From a virus (Duplodnaviria; Caudoviricetes): 48,033 nucleotides of DNA. The stretch is taken from IMG/VR virus record IMGVR_UViG_3300020042_006956, positions 1 through 48,033 of that record; one strand, written 5' to 3'. The notes beneath the pieces were generated by a model. The model was not told where the DNA came from. It saw nothing but the letters and a program-made list of their open reading frames with translations, and searched no databases. Every line of letters begins with the position of its first letter. Within the stretch, counting starts at the first letter, position 1. A program made the translations under genes and the position numbers. Shown in pieces: positions 1 to 8,770 of the stretch.

Positions 1-418
1 GATATATTGATTGTCCAGTAGTTTGATGTAGTGTTCCACCACGAACGGTTGTCGTTGCAGCAACGGGGAATGGTAAATCAAATTGATATTGAGTATTTGC
101 TATAGAGTCAAAATGAATTGTGTTTGCAAAGTCCACATTTACTCTAAAGTGAACAATCAAACCTTGTTTAACATATGAACCTGTTGATACTGTGCCTAAA
201 AGAGTGTTACCATTGTTTGCTCTGAACTGTGGACTATATGGTCTACTGACAGATGCAACACCAAATGGAATACCTCCGGGAGTTGTACCATCAGAAAGTC
301 TCATTGGTGTTGTGCCATCAATATCATAAAAAACTTCACCCGTTTTTCCAATATAATTATTGGCTTCTGTGCCGCCCATTTTGTCTGCATACAATTTAAA
401 AGTTGCGTTAGTTGTCAT
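1..418 (-). CDS. Partial (runs off window) virion/tail-fibre-like protein with Mtd_N/hyaluronidase-like N-terminal motif
   Basis: Not in ORF track. ATG at 418 after AAGGA; open frame MTTNATFKLYADKMGG...GKTGEVFYDIDGTTPMRLSDGTTPGGIPF... to position 1. The GE-x-F-Y-D...L-x-D-G-x-T-P-G-G pattern is typical of phage fibre N-termini. Confidence 0.55.
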   Translation of the reverse strand, partial: MTTNATFKLYADKMGGTEANNYIGKTGEVFYDIDGTTPMRLSDGTTPGGIPFGVASVSRPYSPQFRANNGNTLLGTVSTGSYVKQGLIVHFRVNVDFANTIHFDSIANTQYQFDLPFPVAATTTVRGGTLHQTTGQSIY

Positions 419-436
419 TTTTTTTCCTTAGCAATT

Positions 437-853
437 TTAACAATTCCATGCTCTACGTGACCAGTAGTTAGCAGAAGTTTTATCGTCACCACCTTTGATT
501 CCACCTGATCTTGCACAGTAAGATTTTTTACGTGCAGGTTGATCTTTCTTGATCGATAAATTGGGATCACCAAAGTTTACTTTTTGTGCTTTACCATCAC
601 CATCTGGATCAACATATACTTTAGATTTCTTAACATCACCCTTCATGGGTTTATTCAAAGGTACTTCTTTACCTTGAAATGTTGCCTCTTCAAGTTCATC
701 TTCTGTGTGTTCGATGTTTAATGTTTTAGGATAGCCCTCTTGTCCTGGCTTTTTAGGTGGCAAACCTTTTTTTCTACGAGCATGAATATTATCCCATAGT
801 CCTCGTTTTTCTTGTAACTGTTCATCAGTTATAAATTCTTTAAATGATATCAT
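437..853 (-). CDS. Small basic conserved phage protein (DUF6321/DUF5754-like C-terminus), putative internal head protein
   Basis: KVNFGDPNLSIKK...RKKSYCARS...ANYWSRRAW motif; N-terminus MISFKEFITDE resembles the T4 capsid targeting sequence. Confidence 0.55.
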   Translation of the reverse strand: MISFKEFITDEQLQEKRGLWDNIHARRKKGLPPKKPGQEGYPKTLNIEHTEDELEEATFQGKEVPLNKPMKGDVKKSKVYVDPDGDGKAQKVNFGDPNLSIKKDQPARKKSYCARSGGIKGGDDKTSANYWSRRAWNC

Positions 854-3033
854 ACGTAATTCCTCTTTCTGAATGATAAAAGGTCGATGCCTTTCTTTTT
901 TAATTCATCTTCTTTTTGATCACCAATGCTTGCTGTTGTTTCATCGCCAGTCAATTCAGCAACTACAACTTTACCACTCTTGTTTAATTTTTCTTTCGAA
1001 TAACTATTCAGTGCCATTCCGGGCTCTATCCCTTTGTCGATGGATTCTTTTTGGCTGGCCCTTTGACGGATTTCTGAGAGGGTGATTTTGGCTTTTGGTG
1101 AAACTGTTTCTTCGGAATGTATTTCTTCTTGGGTTTCGGTGTTTGAGTTACCGAATCCGTAATTTGATCGTTGACCGTTGGCGGCAACTGAACTGATTTG
1201 TCTTTGAATAGTTCTAGAATTTTCAGTAAAAATTTCATTTGTAAACTCCTCTTTTAATTTAACAACGTAACCTTTATCATTCTTTTCAACCGAGCCATTA
1301 ATATGATGTGCTTCTTTAGCAGCAAAATTACGAACTTTGAATACACGAACTTTACCCGATTTATCGGTAAGATACTTTGACTTATTCATATTCGAATTTT
1401 CATCAATAAAATTCAAAAATTCATTATCCATATCTTCTTTTTTTAACTTAGCTAAAGGTGACTTAGCTTTAATATCTTGTAATCGTTTCTTGTGTACATC
1501 TTTTAATGGAGCAGATGTACCACTACCAGAACTACCAGATAAAGGTACATTTGCAGTCTTAGGTTCTTCTTTGGTAACTGTAACTAAGTTGCCATGCACG
1601 GAACGATGAGTTACTTTACCGTTCTTACCGTAACGACCGAAGCCATAATACTCTAAGCCTAATGCTTTAGCTTTATCTAATCCACCTGCTTCTGGATGTG
1701 GTTGTGCTTGTTTAGCTATAGGTGTAGCATCTTTCTTTTCCAATTCATTAGCTACCCATGTCTTGGCATAATCATTTTTTGGTGGCTTACCAACAAACTT
1801 TTGTACGTTCTTAAAAATTTGTTGCATCTCTTTTGTTTTAGCTTCTACTACATCTGGTGGTGCTTGACGTAAATCTTCTGAGTTGTCAAACTCAACATAA
1901 TTTTGACCAAACATCTTTGCCAATGCAGGACGTGCAGCTTGTACAGATTCCCATTTTTCTTTACGAATGTTTTCTGGTACTGTACGACCACCACGTTGAC
2001 CACGTTCAATATTGCGTTGCTGTGACACTTCATCGGCAGTGTTAACCATAATCATTGATGATTCATAACCCAATGATTCTAGCTTATCTTTAATCTTTTT
2101 AATCTTTTCTGGATCATCACCAGTACCATTAATGATCAAACCATTACGTCCATGTAGTGCCAAACGTTGACGTAATTCTGTAACGTTCTTTGCACGACCA
2201 CGAACTTCATTACGTTGTTTCTCTTCACTTGATGGCATTCTTTTATCAAGGTCTTCCTTGTCCATCAGATACTCAAGTGCTTTATCTGAATTGATTTCAG
2301 TAAGTCCGTGACCATCAAGTGTATTGCTTAGTACGTAGTCTTTACCAGAACCCGGACCTCCAGCTAGAAAAACAGCCTTGAAGATACCTTTATCATGTAC
2401 ACCTTCTGATAAGAACTCTACGAAATCTAGATTAATATTTTCTTTTAGTTTCATACCATCTTTGACTAATTTCATAAGTGTTTTAACATCCGCATCGTTT
2501 AGTGACTTCGGTGTTCCCATTCTAAACTTTTTAAAATCATTCTTTGCTGCTGCTTCACGCAGCTTGGTACCAGATATTCCAGTTACACCTTCAGCATCGG
2601 GATCACGTTCACCTGCGGATATTACTTTGATTGATTTGTAATTGTATTCTTTTCCATTGTAAGCATTCAGTATCTTTGTATATTCAGCTATACGATCTGA
2701 ACCAGCAACCATGATTAGATTATCATAATCTTTGTCTAGTGCTTTTGCTACACCCATGAAAGTTGCAGGACTGAATTTGTTTGCAGCATATATTTCAACA
2801 CCAGCAAAAGCTTTCTTCATATACTTTACTTTGTCTACTACTTTTAATGGATTCTTTTTACTGTCTGTGGTTGCAGAGGCAACAATGATGGCTTTTCCGC
2901 CATGTTCTTTGGCAACATCAGCTACTCGATTAGCAAGTAACTCATGTCCTGTTGATATAGGATTGAAACGTCCAAAAGCAAATACTGCTGTTTTGCTCTT
3001 TTTGGCTTCTTCCAAAAAGCGTTTAATTTTCAT
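850..3033 (-). CDS. Multidomain protein: cytidylyltransferase-like (HxGH) domain, zeta-toxin/AAA_33-like P-loop kinase, low-complexity C-terminus
   Basis: FGRFNPISTGH, AGSDR and GISGTKLR in the N-terminal domain; FLAGGPGSGK Walker A and RNIERG lid in the middle domain. Confidence 0.75.
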   Translation of the reverse strand: MKIKRFLEEAKKSKTAVFAFGRFNPISTGHELLANRVADVAKEHGGKAIIVASATTDSKKNPLKVVDKVKYMKKAFAGVEIYAANKFSPATFMGVAKALDKDYDNLIMVAGSDRIAEYTKILNAYNGKEYNYKSIKVISAGERDPDAEGVTGISGTKLREAAAKNDFKKFRMGTPKSLNDADVKTLMKLVKDGMKLKENINLDFVEFLSEGVHDKGIFKAVFLAGGPGSGKDYVLSNTLDGHGLTEINSDKALEYLMDKEDLDKRMPSSEEKQRNEVRGRAKNVTELRQRLALHGRNGLIINGTGDDPEKIKKIKDKLESLGYESSMIMVNTADEVSQQRNIERGQRGGRTVPENIRKEKWESVQAARPALAKMFGQNYVEFDNSEDLRQAPPDVVEAKTKEMQQIFKNVQKFVGKPPKNDYAKTWVANELEKKDATPIAKQAQPHPEAGGLDKAKALGLEYYGFGRYGKNGKVTHRSVHGNLVTVTKEEPKTANVPLSGSSGSGTSAPLKDVHKKRLQDIKAKSPLAKLKKEDMDNEFLNFIDENSNMNKSKYLTDKSGKVRVFKVRNFAAKEAHHINGSVEKNDKGYVVKLKEEFTNEIFTENSRTIQRQISSVAANGQRSNYGFGNSNTETQEEIHSEETVSPKAKITLSEIRQRASQKESIDKGIEPGMALNSYSKEKLNKSGKVVVAELTGDETTASIGDQKEDELKKKGIDLLSFRKRNYV

Positions 3034-3061
3034 ATGCCTCTACAGCAAAAGTTTAATATAA

Positions 3062-3069
3062 TATTTAGT
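3062..3069 (-). promoter_or_regulatory. Putative gp55-dependent late promoter (ACTAAATA)
   Basis: TAAATA core of the T4-type late promoter (consensus TATAAATA), in the short intergenic gap about 30 nt upstream of the 3033 ATG. Confidence 0.55.
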
Positions 3070-3070
3070 A

Positions 3071-3781
3071 TTAGTAGGTTTCTGACTGGCCAGACCCTGC
3101 TACGATACCCTTACAATGTATCTGATCTAATTCAACCAGATACTTCTTATTTATGTTTAAAAAATGTGCATGTTCAGTATCTACATGGTTTTTTATGATT
3201 TCTCCGATGTTTTTATACAAAGTTTGTATATAATCGTCAAGTAATGACGGACAGAGAGAGAACATTCTTGTGATAAGCAGGTGAGAAAAGACTTCTTTTC
3301 GTTCATCAGTTATCCATGTCGGCATACGTTTTTTGAATACATATTTGCCAAAATGATTGTGCTCTTCGTCATCGAATTCTTCAAGCAAATCAGTTCTTGC
3401 TGAAAATTTATAGATTCTTTTAATTCCCTGCATCATCTGCATTAGTTGTGGTTCTTGCTTGAGCATCATTATTGTCTTAATTAGCAATACACATTCAGCC
3501 TCACTCTTGCGCCCCAGAGAAGCAAAATCAGTAACATCTTTGTCGGATGACCAATTCATAGCTAGATTTAGATATGGTGAAAACTGCTTGATCACGTCCT
3601 CTTCAATTGCAACTGGACCGCCATCAGATAGAATGATAACCGCATTCGGTTGCTTCTCACGTAGAATTTTCAAACCTTCAAGGGTTTGATTGATACGATC
3701 ATCTCGACTGACTGAACCGATAGTAGCATTGATTGCTGACGTTACAATGAATAGATTGGTGTTAGGTATTATTTGTGCCAT
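3071..3781 (-). CDS. Hypothetical protein, glycosyltransferase-like (GT-A-like)
   Basis: FIVTSAIN...RINQTL...IILSDG...IYKFSAR pattern of phage GT-like proteins; last gene of an overlapping sugar operon. Confidence 0.4.
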   Translation of the reverse strand: MAQIIPNTNLFIVTSAINATIGSVSRDDRINQTLEGLKILREKQPNAVIILSDGGPVAIEEDVIKQFSPYLNLAMNWSSDKDVTDFASLGRKSEAECVLLIKTIMMLKQEPQLMQMMQGIKRIYKFSARTDLLEEFDDEEHNHFGKYVFKKRMPTWITDERKEVFSHLLITRMFSLCPSLLDDYIQTLYKNIGEIIKNHVDTEHAHFLNINKKYLVELDQIHCKGIVAGSGQSETY

Positions 3782-4449
3782 TCTGAACTCGGGAATAATT
3801 TAATAGATTTATATTCAACATCTTTTGTTTTGCAGATAAACGAGATCAATTCAGATATCTCTGAAGGATCCATAATTTTACTTGTGTCTAGATTTGAATT
3901 AAGGTGTTGCATTGGTGTATTAATACTTCCTGGATGGATGCTAGTGACATGAATTTTATGCTTTTGTAATTCTTCACCCAAAACACCAGCAAATCCAGTT
4001 AATGCATGTTTCGATGCACCATATAGAGATTCGCATGTTATATCATTCAATCCAGACACAGAATTAATAAAGAATATTCTTGATCCTGCAGGCATCCATT
4101 TAAGTGCTTGGTGGGTAACATATAATGTACCTTTAAGATTCGTATCAATTATACGATCAATAGCATCTATAGTACTATTCATGAAAGTACTCACCTCAAA
4201 TATACCAGCATTGTTTACTAGCACATCAACATAGTCACCTATTTGATTAAAAGTTTTTGTTACTTGAGATGATGATGTGATATCGCATTCATGCCACGTA
4301 AAGCTTTCGGGGAATAATTGAGCAGCAGGTGAAAGTGGTTTGGTTCGTGATAGTCCATGTACATGATAACCATCCTCGATTAGCTTTAATGTTATCTCCC
4401 ATCCCAAACCATAACTACATCCAGTCACCACAGCATTCTTACGCATCAT
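3769..4449 (-). CDS. Short-chain dehydrogenase/reductase (SDR)
   Basis: TGCSYGLG Rossmann motif, LVNNAG, catalytic YGASK, IHPG. Confidence 0.9.
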   Translation of the reverse strand: MMRKNAVVTGCSYGLGWEITLKLIEDGYHVHGLSRTKPLSPAAQLFPESFTWHECDITSSSQVTKTFNQIGDYVDVLVNNAGIFEVSTFMNSTIDAIDRIIDTNLKGTLYVTHQALKWMPAGSRIFFINSVSGLNDITCESLYGASKHALTGFAGVLGEELQKHKIHVTSIHPGSINTPMQHLNSNLDTSKIMDPSEISELISFICKTKDVEYKSIKLFPSSEWHK

Positions 4450-5582
4450 ATCTCCTCAAACACATCAATTGCAAGCTTCATCTCCTCTTCAGTAATATCA
4501 TTCACTATCTTGTAGTTACCAATTGAAACTGGCAACGGAACATATTGATTACCATTACGATGCTTTGTTGCATCACGTAGACTTTCTAGTAACAATTCTA
4601 TTCTTGTAAAATCAAAATAAAATGTACGCAGATTTAATCTATTAGCCACACTGAAAATTCGTTTCAATGTATCCAAATCAATATACTTACGATTATATGC
4701 AATACAACAGCTATACAAACAATCAAGTGCTACAGCTTCACCATGTAGTAAATCTGGTATATTCTTCATCTCAATCACAGGACTGAATGTATGTCCAAAG
4801 TCTACACAACGATCAAGTTTCTTTTCCCAAAGATTAGGACCAAGTTCAGCAATCATATCTGTAATAGCAAGATTGATTACACGGACTGGAACTGCACCGT
4901 ATTGAAATTTTTCATCAATCAATAACTCTGCATGTTCTTCCAATAAAGCAAACAACTCTGGAGATTTAATAAGTGCAAGTTTAAATATCTCAGCAATACC
5001 ATTTACGATCTCACGTTCACTTTGTGTCTTGATAAACTTCTTATCAATATATGTTGCAATAGGCGGATAGTATGCACCAATGCGATTACGTCTACCCAAA
5101 TGATTTACGCCGACTTTTGAACCTACAGATGCATCTACAATGGCAAGTAATGTAGTTGGTATCTTAATGTAAGGTATGCCTCTACGATAGATGCTACAAG
5201 CAAAGCCAACGATATCAAGTAACACACCACCACCAATAGCAAGAACAGGTTCACGGCGCAATACACCATTAACCTCAAAGAATTTTAGAATAGTATCGGT
5301 GTTATCCCATGTCTTGTTCTCTTCTTTACAATTGATAGCAAGCAATACCAATTCAATATCTAATGTTTGAAAGTAATAATGAATTTGACTTTCATACAAA
5401 CGATGAACTTCAGAATCAACAACAACAATTCTTCGTTTGCTATCTGTAATAGATGCAATATCTTGATTCTGTGGATTGAATATGTCGGCAGAATATGTGA
5501 GTTTAAACTCTACTGGTAATTCAGTTTTAACTGACCAAGTACGTTTAAACTTGTCATAGTCCATCATAAAATCTTCACTCAT
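4446..5582 (-). CDS. Sedoheptulose-7-phosphate cyclase, 2-epi-5-epi-valiolone synthase (EEVS/ValA) type
   Basis: DHQS-fold motifs IGGGVLLD, YRRG, IPTTLLAIVDASVGSK, LHGEAV; EEVS-type MIAELGPNLWE...RCVDFGHTFSP and KHRNG. Confidence 0.85.
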   Translation of the reverse strand: MSEDFMMDYDKFKRTWSVKTELPVEFKLTYSADIFNPQNQDIASITDSKRRIVVVDSEVHRLYESQIHYYFQTLDIELVLLAINCKEENKTWDNTDTILKFFEVNGVLRREPVLAIGGGVLLDIVGFACSIYRRGIPYIKIPTTLLAIVDASVGSKVGVNHLGRRNRIGAYYPPIATYIDKKFIKTQSEREIVNGIAEIFKLALIKSPELFALLEEHAELLIDEKFQYGAVPVRVINLAITDMIAELGPNLWEKKLDRCVDFGHTFSPVIEMKNIPDLLHGEAVALDCLYSCCIAYNRKYIDLDTLKRIFSVANRLNLRTFYFDFTRIELLLESLRDATKHRNGNQYVPLPVSIGNYKIVNDITEEEMKLAIDVFEEI

Positions 5583-6556
5583 TTTAGCGCCTTACCTAAT
5601 AAATAACATGCATGAACATAAAAGTATTTTGCTTTATCTATATCACCAGCAAGACACTTAAATGGGAGCATACGGATAAATTGAGTAGCTTCTAACACAT
5701 CAACGATCTGCTTTGTTTTTACTTCCTGTAACACCGATTCAAAATAATTGTTGAATGCCTCAAAGTTCTTCGGTATACGATGCATATGAGTTACAGTGTA
5801 ATCTTTTACGGTAACAGTTTGATCATTAATATAACCATAATAACTACGTGAACATTGAAGTACTTGAGCATAATCTAAGAATCTCGAATCTAGAATACTC
5901 TCTTCATAAGGATCAATAAAAACGACTTTATTCTCTTCGATAGAATATAAAATGTTTTCTAATGTGGGATTACCATGAATTGAATTTTCACTCATTAGTT
6001 GCAAGTCATTAAAAAAATTCTTTAAGTCATATTGATGAGTTAACATACCGTGAACTATCTCACCATTGTATTCATATGTACCTAACTTATAAAAATCTTC
6101 AAATTCTTTGATACTACAAGCATCATATAACTTTTGCTGTATCTCTTCAAAGTAATATAGTTTTGCTGCATTTGGATTGGCTGGATATGAATCACTATGT
6201 AATCTAGTAAATGCTTCCCAAACTGCATTTGACATCTTCCAAATAGTATCATCATCTAGTGTATCACTAGCTAGAATAGTTTTTATATCTCGATATCCTT
6301 CTTTGTACTCAATGTCAAACCATGCTCTTTCAATGCATGAATCAACATTCAATACTTTAGGAAACAGATCAGGAAACTTAGCACCTAATCGTTGCAACTT
6401 TTTTAGTTGTGAATACCAACGCACATAACCATATTCACGGTTATGCACTCGATTAACTTCTTTTCGTATAAACTTTTCATCGCCACGAGGATTCATTACA
6501 GTTTCAACCAAATATGTTGAACTTAATGAACCACCCTTCAATTTAGTTGTTTTCAT
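5579..6556 (-). CDS. APH/choline-kinase-fold phosphotransferase (putative cyclitol/sugar kinase)
   Basis: LKGGSLS Gly loop, IRK, IHGNPTLENIL Brenner-like motif, VFIDP. Confidence 0.7.
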   Translation of the reverse strand: MKTTKLKGGSLSSTYLVETVMNPRGDEKFIRKEVNRVHNREYGYVRWYSQLKKLQRLGAKFPDLFPKVLNVDSCIERAWFDIEYKEGYRDIKTILASDTLDDDTIWKMSNAVWEAFTRLHSDSYPANPNAAKLYYFEEIQQKLYDACSIKEFEDFYKLGTYEYNGEIVHGMLTHQYDLKNFFNDLQLMSENSIHGNPTLENILYSIEENKVVFIDPYEESILDSRFLDYAQVLQCSRSYYGYINDQTVTVKDYTVTHMHRIPKNFEAFNNYFESVLQEVKTKQIVDVLEATQFIRMLPFKCLAGDIDKAKYFYVHACYLLGKALK

Positions 6557-7284
6557 TTCATTCCTAAACTTTGTCTAGCCAATTCAATTCCATATTCTTG
6601 AGGGCTACCCAAGACAATGGTTTCTTGATAATTACCAAGATTGTTCATATATGCTTTCATATCACCATCTATCATACCTTGCATGACATCAGAAATGTAT
6701 AGTTCTTCTTTTGTCTGAACAAAATCATCATAACAATTTAAATATAAGTTTGCAGAAAAAAATCCATAAAGACCTGTAGATGCGTATGGTGAGATTTGTT
6801 TCTTTTCTACGATTTCTGTAACTACATTCTCATATGCACGAACATATGAATATTTTGGTGAGTTGCCAACAAACACATCAACATACATGTCATAGATATC
6901 ATTCATCTGATTAACTATTTCATCAAAGTCACGACCAGTAACAACTGTATCTGCGTTATGCACAAATGTAGGTAAATTCATATGCTCTAGTTGTGTCATA
7001 CCAATTGCTGCGGTATGTGCTTGTCCTTTTGTGTCACCGATGTAGAGAATGTTGTCACCAGTTAAACCTAGCGGTTTTATAGTTTCAATTAACTGGTCAT
7101 TAAAATATTTGTCTCTATTATTTGCTACAAGAACAGTTTGTTTTGTAGGCCCAAGATTTTTTAGAATATCATGTATAATAGTCTTGCCATTCCAGGGCAA
7201 TAGATATTTCGGAATATCAAATCCAACATCATGAAAACGAGTATTGTAACCCGCCATACAAACAACTAAATTTACGTCAGCCAT
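6553..7284 (-). CDS. Sugar/polyol-phosphate nucleotidyltransferase (NTP_transferase family)
   Basis: VVCMAGYNTRF...IPKYLL signature, TKGQAHT, HNAD, EIVEKK, ELYISDV, LGSPQE. Confidence 0.8.
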   Translation of the reverse strand: MADVNLVVCMAGYNTRFHDVGFDIPKYLLPWNGKTIIHDILKNLGPTKQTVLVANNRDKYFNDQLIETIKPLGLTGDNILYIGDTKGQAHTAAIGMTQLEHMNLPTFVHNADTVVTGRDFDEIVNQMNDIYDMYVDVFVGNSPKYSYVRAYENVVTEIVEKKQISPYASTGLYGFFSANLYLNCYDDFVQTKEELYISDVMQGMIDGDMKAYMNNLGNYQETIVLGSPQEYGIELARQSLGMK

Positions 7285-8096
7285 TTTTTAAAGTCCTCAC
7301 GTAGGAGTGAATGCCATGTCCCATTATATTCACCAGGTGGAAAAGGATGATTGATATCACAATAAACTAGATTATTACCGACAAGTCCATGTTTCTTCCA
7401 ATTTGCACTCATAAAATCTTCACACATATATTGTACACCAGAATCATAGAACTCGTCAATATTATTAAAGCAATCTGCATACTTATCCATATTTTCGGAT
7501 GATGAGAATGCAAACTGATCATTACCAAAATCACGATCTGGAGTCATTCGGCAATTAGGAATGAATAATTTTTCTGGATTCAATAACTCAAACGGTATTA
7601 ATTCATTAATAGCAAAGTCAAAACGTGAACGCACAACCCAATCAAATTTCATATTGAAAGCATTTTCATACTCACATTTCATTTTGTTGCATTGATTGAT
7701 AGCATATAGTTGTGCAAATGTTGACATGCGACCATCTTTTACTTTCCAGTTTGGTGATGATGGCGGAGTGTTTGTATACTTTGATAGATCAACATCAACA
7801 GGACTTTGAACCATAAAATCTACAGGTTTATATAACTCAACAGCTTTTTCGTGTAGATTTTCTTCTGTTTTCCATGTGTGAAAAAATACTTTAACATGAG
7901 TTATGGTTGGTACGTCTGGATTTCTTGAATTTTGATGATGCTCTATAATATTCTTTTTGTGAAATTCATAACCAGCTTCGATCATACGAGGCTGACCAGA
8001 CAAACACAAAGCCACATTAATAACTCGTATTGGTGTATCATCAACTTTAGGCGCAGTGCCAGTCTCGATGCTTGTTATTGGTTTAATATCCATCAT
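7272..8096 (-). CDS. Putative glycosyltransferase-like protein
   Basis: VALCLSGQPR...VFFHTW...FDWVVRSRFD...NDQFA pattern found in viral and capsular GT-like families. Confidence 0.5.
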   Translation of the reverse strand: MMDIKPITSIETGTAPKVDDTPIRVINVALCLSGQPRMIEAGYEFHKKNIIEHHQNSRNPDVPTITHVKVFFHTWKTEENLHEKAVELYKPVDFMVQSPVDVDLSKYTNTPPSSPNWKVKDGRMSTFAQLYAINQCNKMKCEYENAFNMKFDWVVRSRFDFAINELIPFELLNPEKLFIPNCRMTPDRDFGNDQFAFSSSENMDKYADCFNNIDEFYDSGVQYMCEDFMSANWKKHGLVGNNLVYCDINHPFPPGEYNGTWHSLLREDFKKWLT

Positions 8097-8770
8097 AGAT
8101 GTCTACCCACATTTGCTTTGTTATCTGTAATACCAAATTCTTTATATGCTTCTTTTTCAAAAACAACCATGCTGTTATAAAACATAACTGCATTCAATCC
8201 TTTGTATGTTTCCAACACTTCAAGCATCATTGGTTCACCTTGAAAGTGTTGCTGATTAACAATATCAGATACTCGTTTAGCATGTTCCAAGAATGTATTA
8301 GCACCACGGAATGTTCCACCCCAAGGTTGTGGCCAATAGCTAGTATGTGTATCCTCACAGATAAACACACCACCATCAGTTACATGCGGAAATACAGAAT
8401 TGATTGTGGTAATTTGATGATGCATTACATGTGAACCGTCATCGATAACAATATCAAATTTATCTTGCTTTGATAGAAATTCTTTCCAGAATTCGGGATT
8501 GCCCTGATCACCCATGACGACTTTACCATCACCATTGAATTCATACTTCAAACATTCTTCGTTGATATCAACACCAGTTACAGATGTACCTTCACCGAAG
8601 TATTTCAACCACATTTCAATAGAGCCACCACCAAGTACACCAATCTCTAAGATGCGTGGTGCTTTACCAACAAACTTGCTAAGATGTCGTTCATACACAT
8701 CAAAGTAACCAGACCATTTTGTTGATGGCTTATCGAGTTCCCAGAATAGTTCTTTAATTTTATTTGTCAT
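8093..8770 (-). CDS. Class I SAM-dependent sugar O-methyltransferase (MycE/Methyltransf_24-like)
   Basis: KWSGYFDVYERH, ILEIGVLGGGS, GVDI, GDQ, IDDGSH, ICEDTHTSYW; start moved to MTNKIK at 8770. Confidence 0.8.
   Translation of the reverse strand: MTNKIKELFWELDKPSTKWSGYFDVYERHLSKFVGKAPRILEIGVLGGGSIEMWLKYFGEGTSVTGVDINEECLKYEFNGDGKVVMGDQGNPEFWKEFLSKQDKFDIVIDDGSHVMHHQITTINSVFPHVTDGGVFICEDTHTSYWPQPWGGTFRGANTFLEHAKRVSDIVNQQHFQGEPMMLEVLETYKGLNAVMFYNSMVVFEKEAYKEFGITDNKANVGRHL

Noticed and set aside
4446-5582. 3-dehydroquinate synthase (aroB) as an auxiliary metabolic gene
   Set aside because: The active-site region is PNLWE...VDFGH (EEVS type), not DHQS type, and there are no shikimate genes nearby.
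4446-8770. Mycosporine or gadusol sunscreen cluster
   Set aside because: The cyclase is not DDGS-type, there is no ATP-grasp ligase or MT-Ox fusion, and the methyltransferase is of the sugar O-MT type. Kinase and nucleotidyltransferase point to activation and transfer. Not formally excluded.
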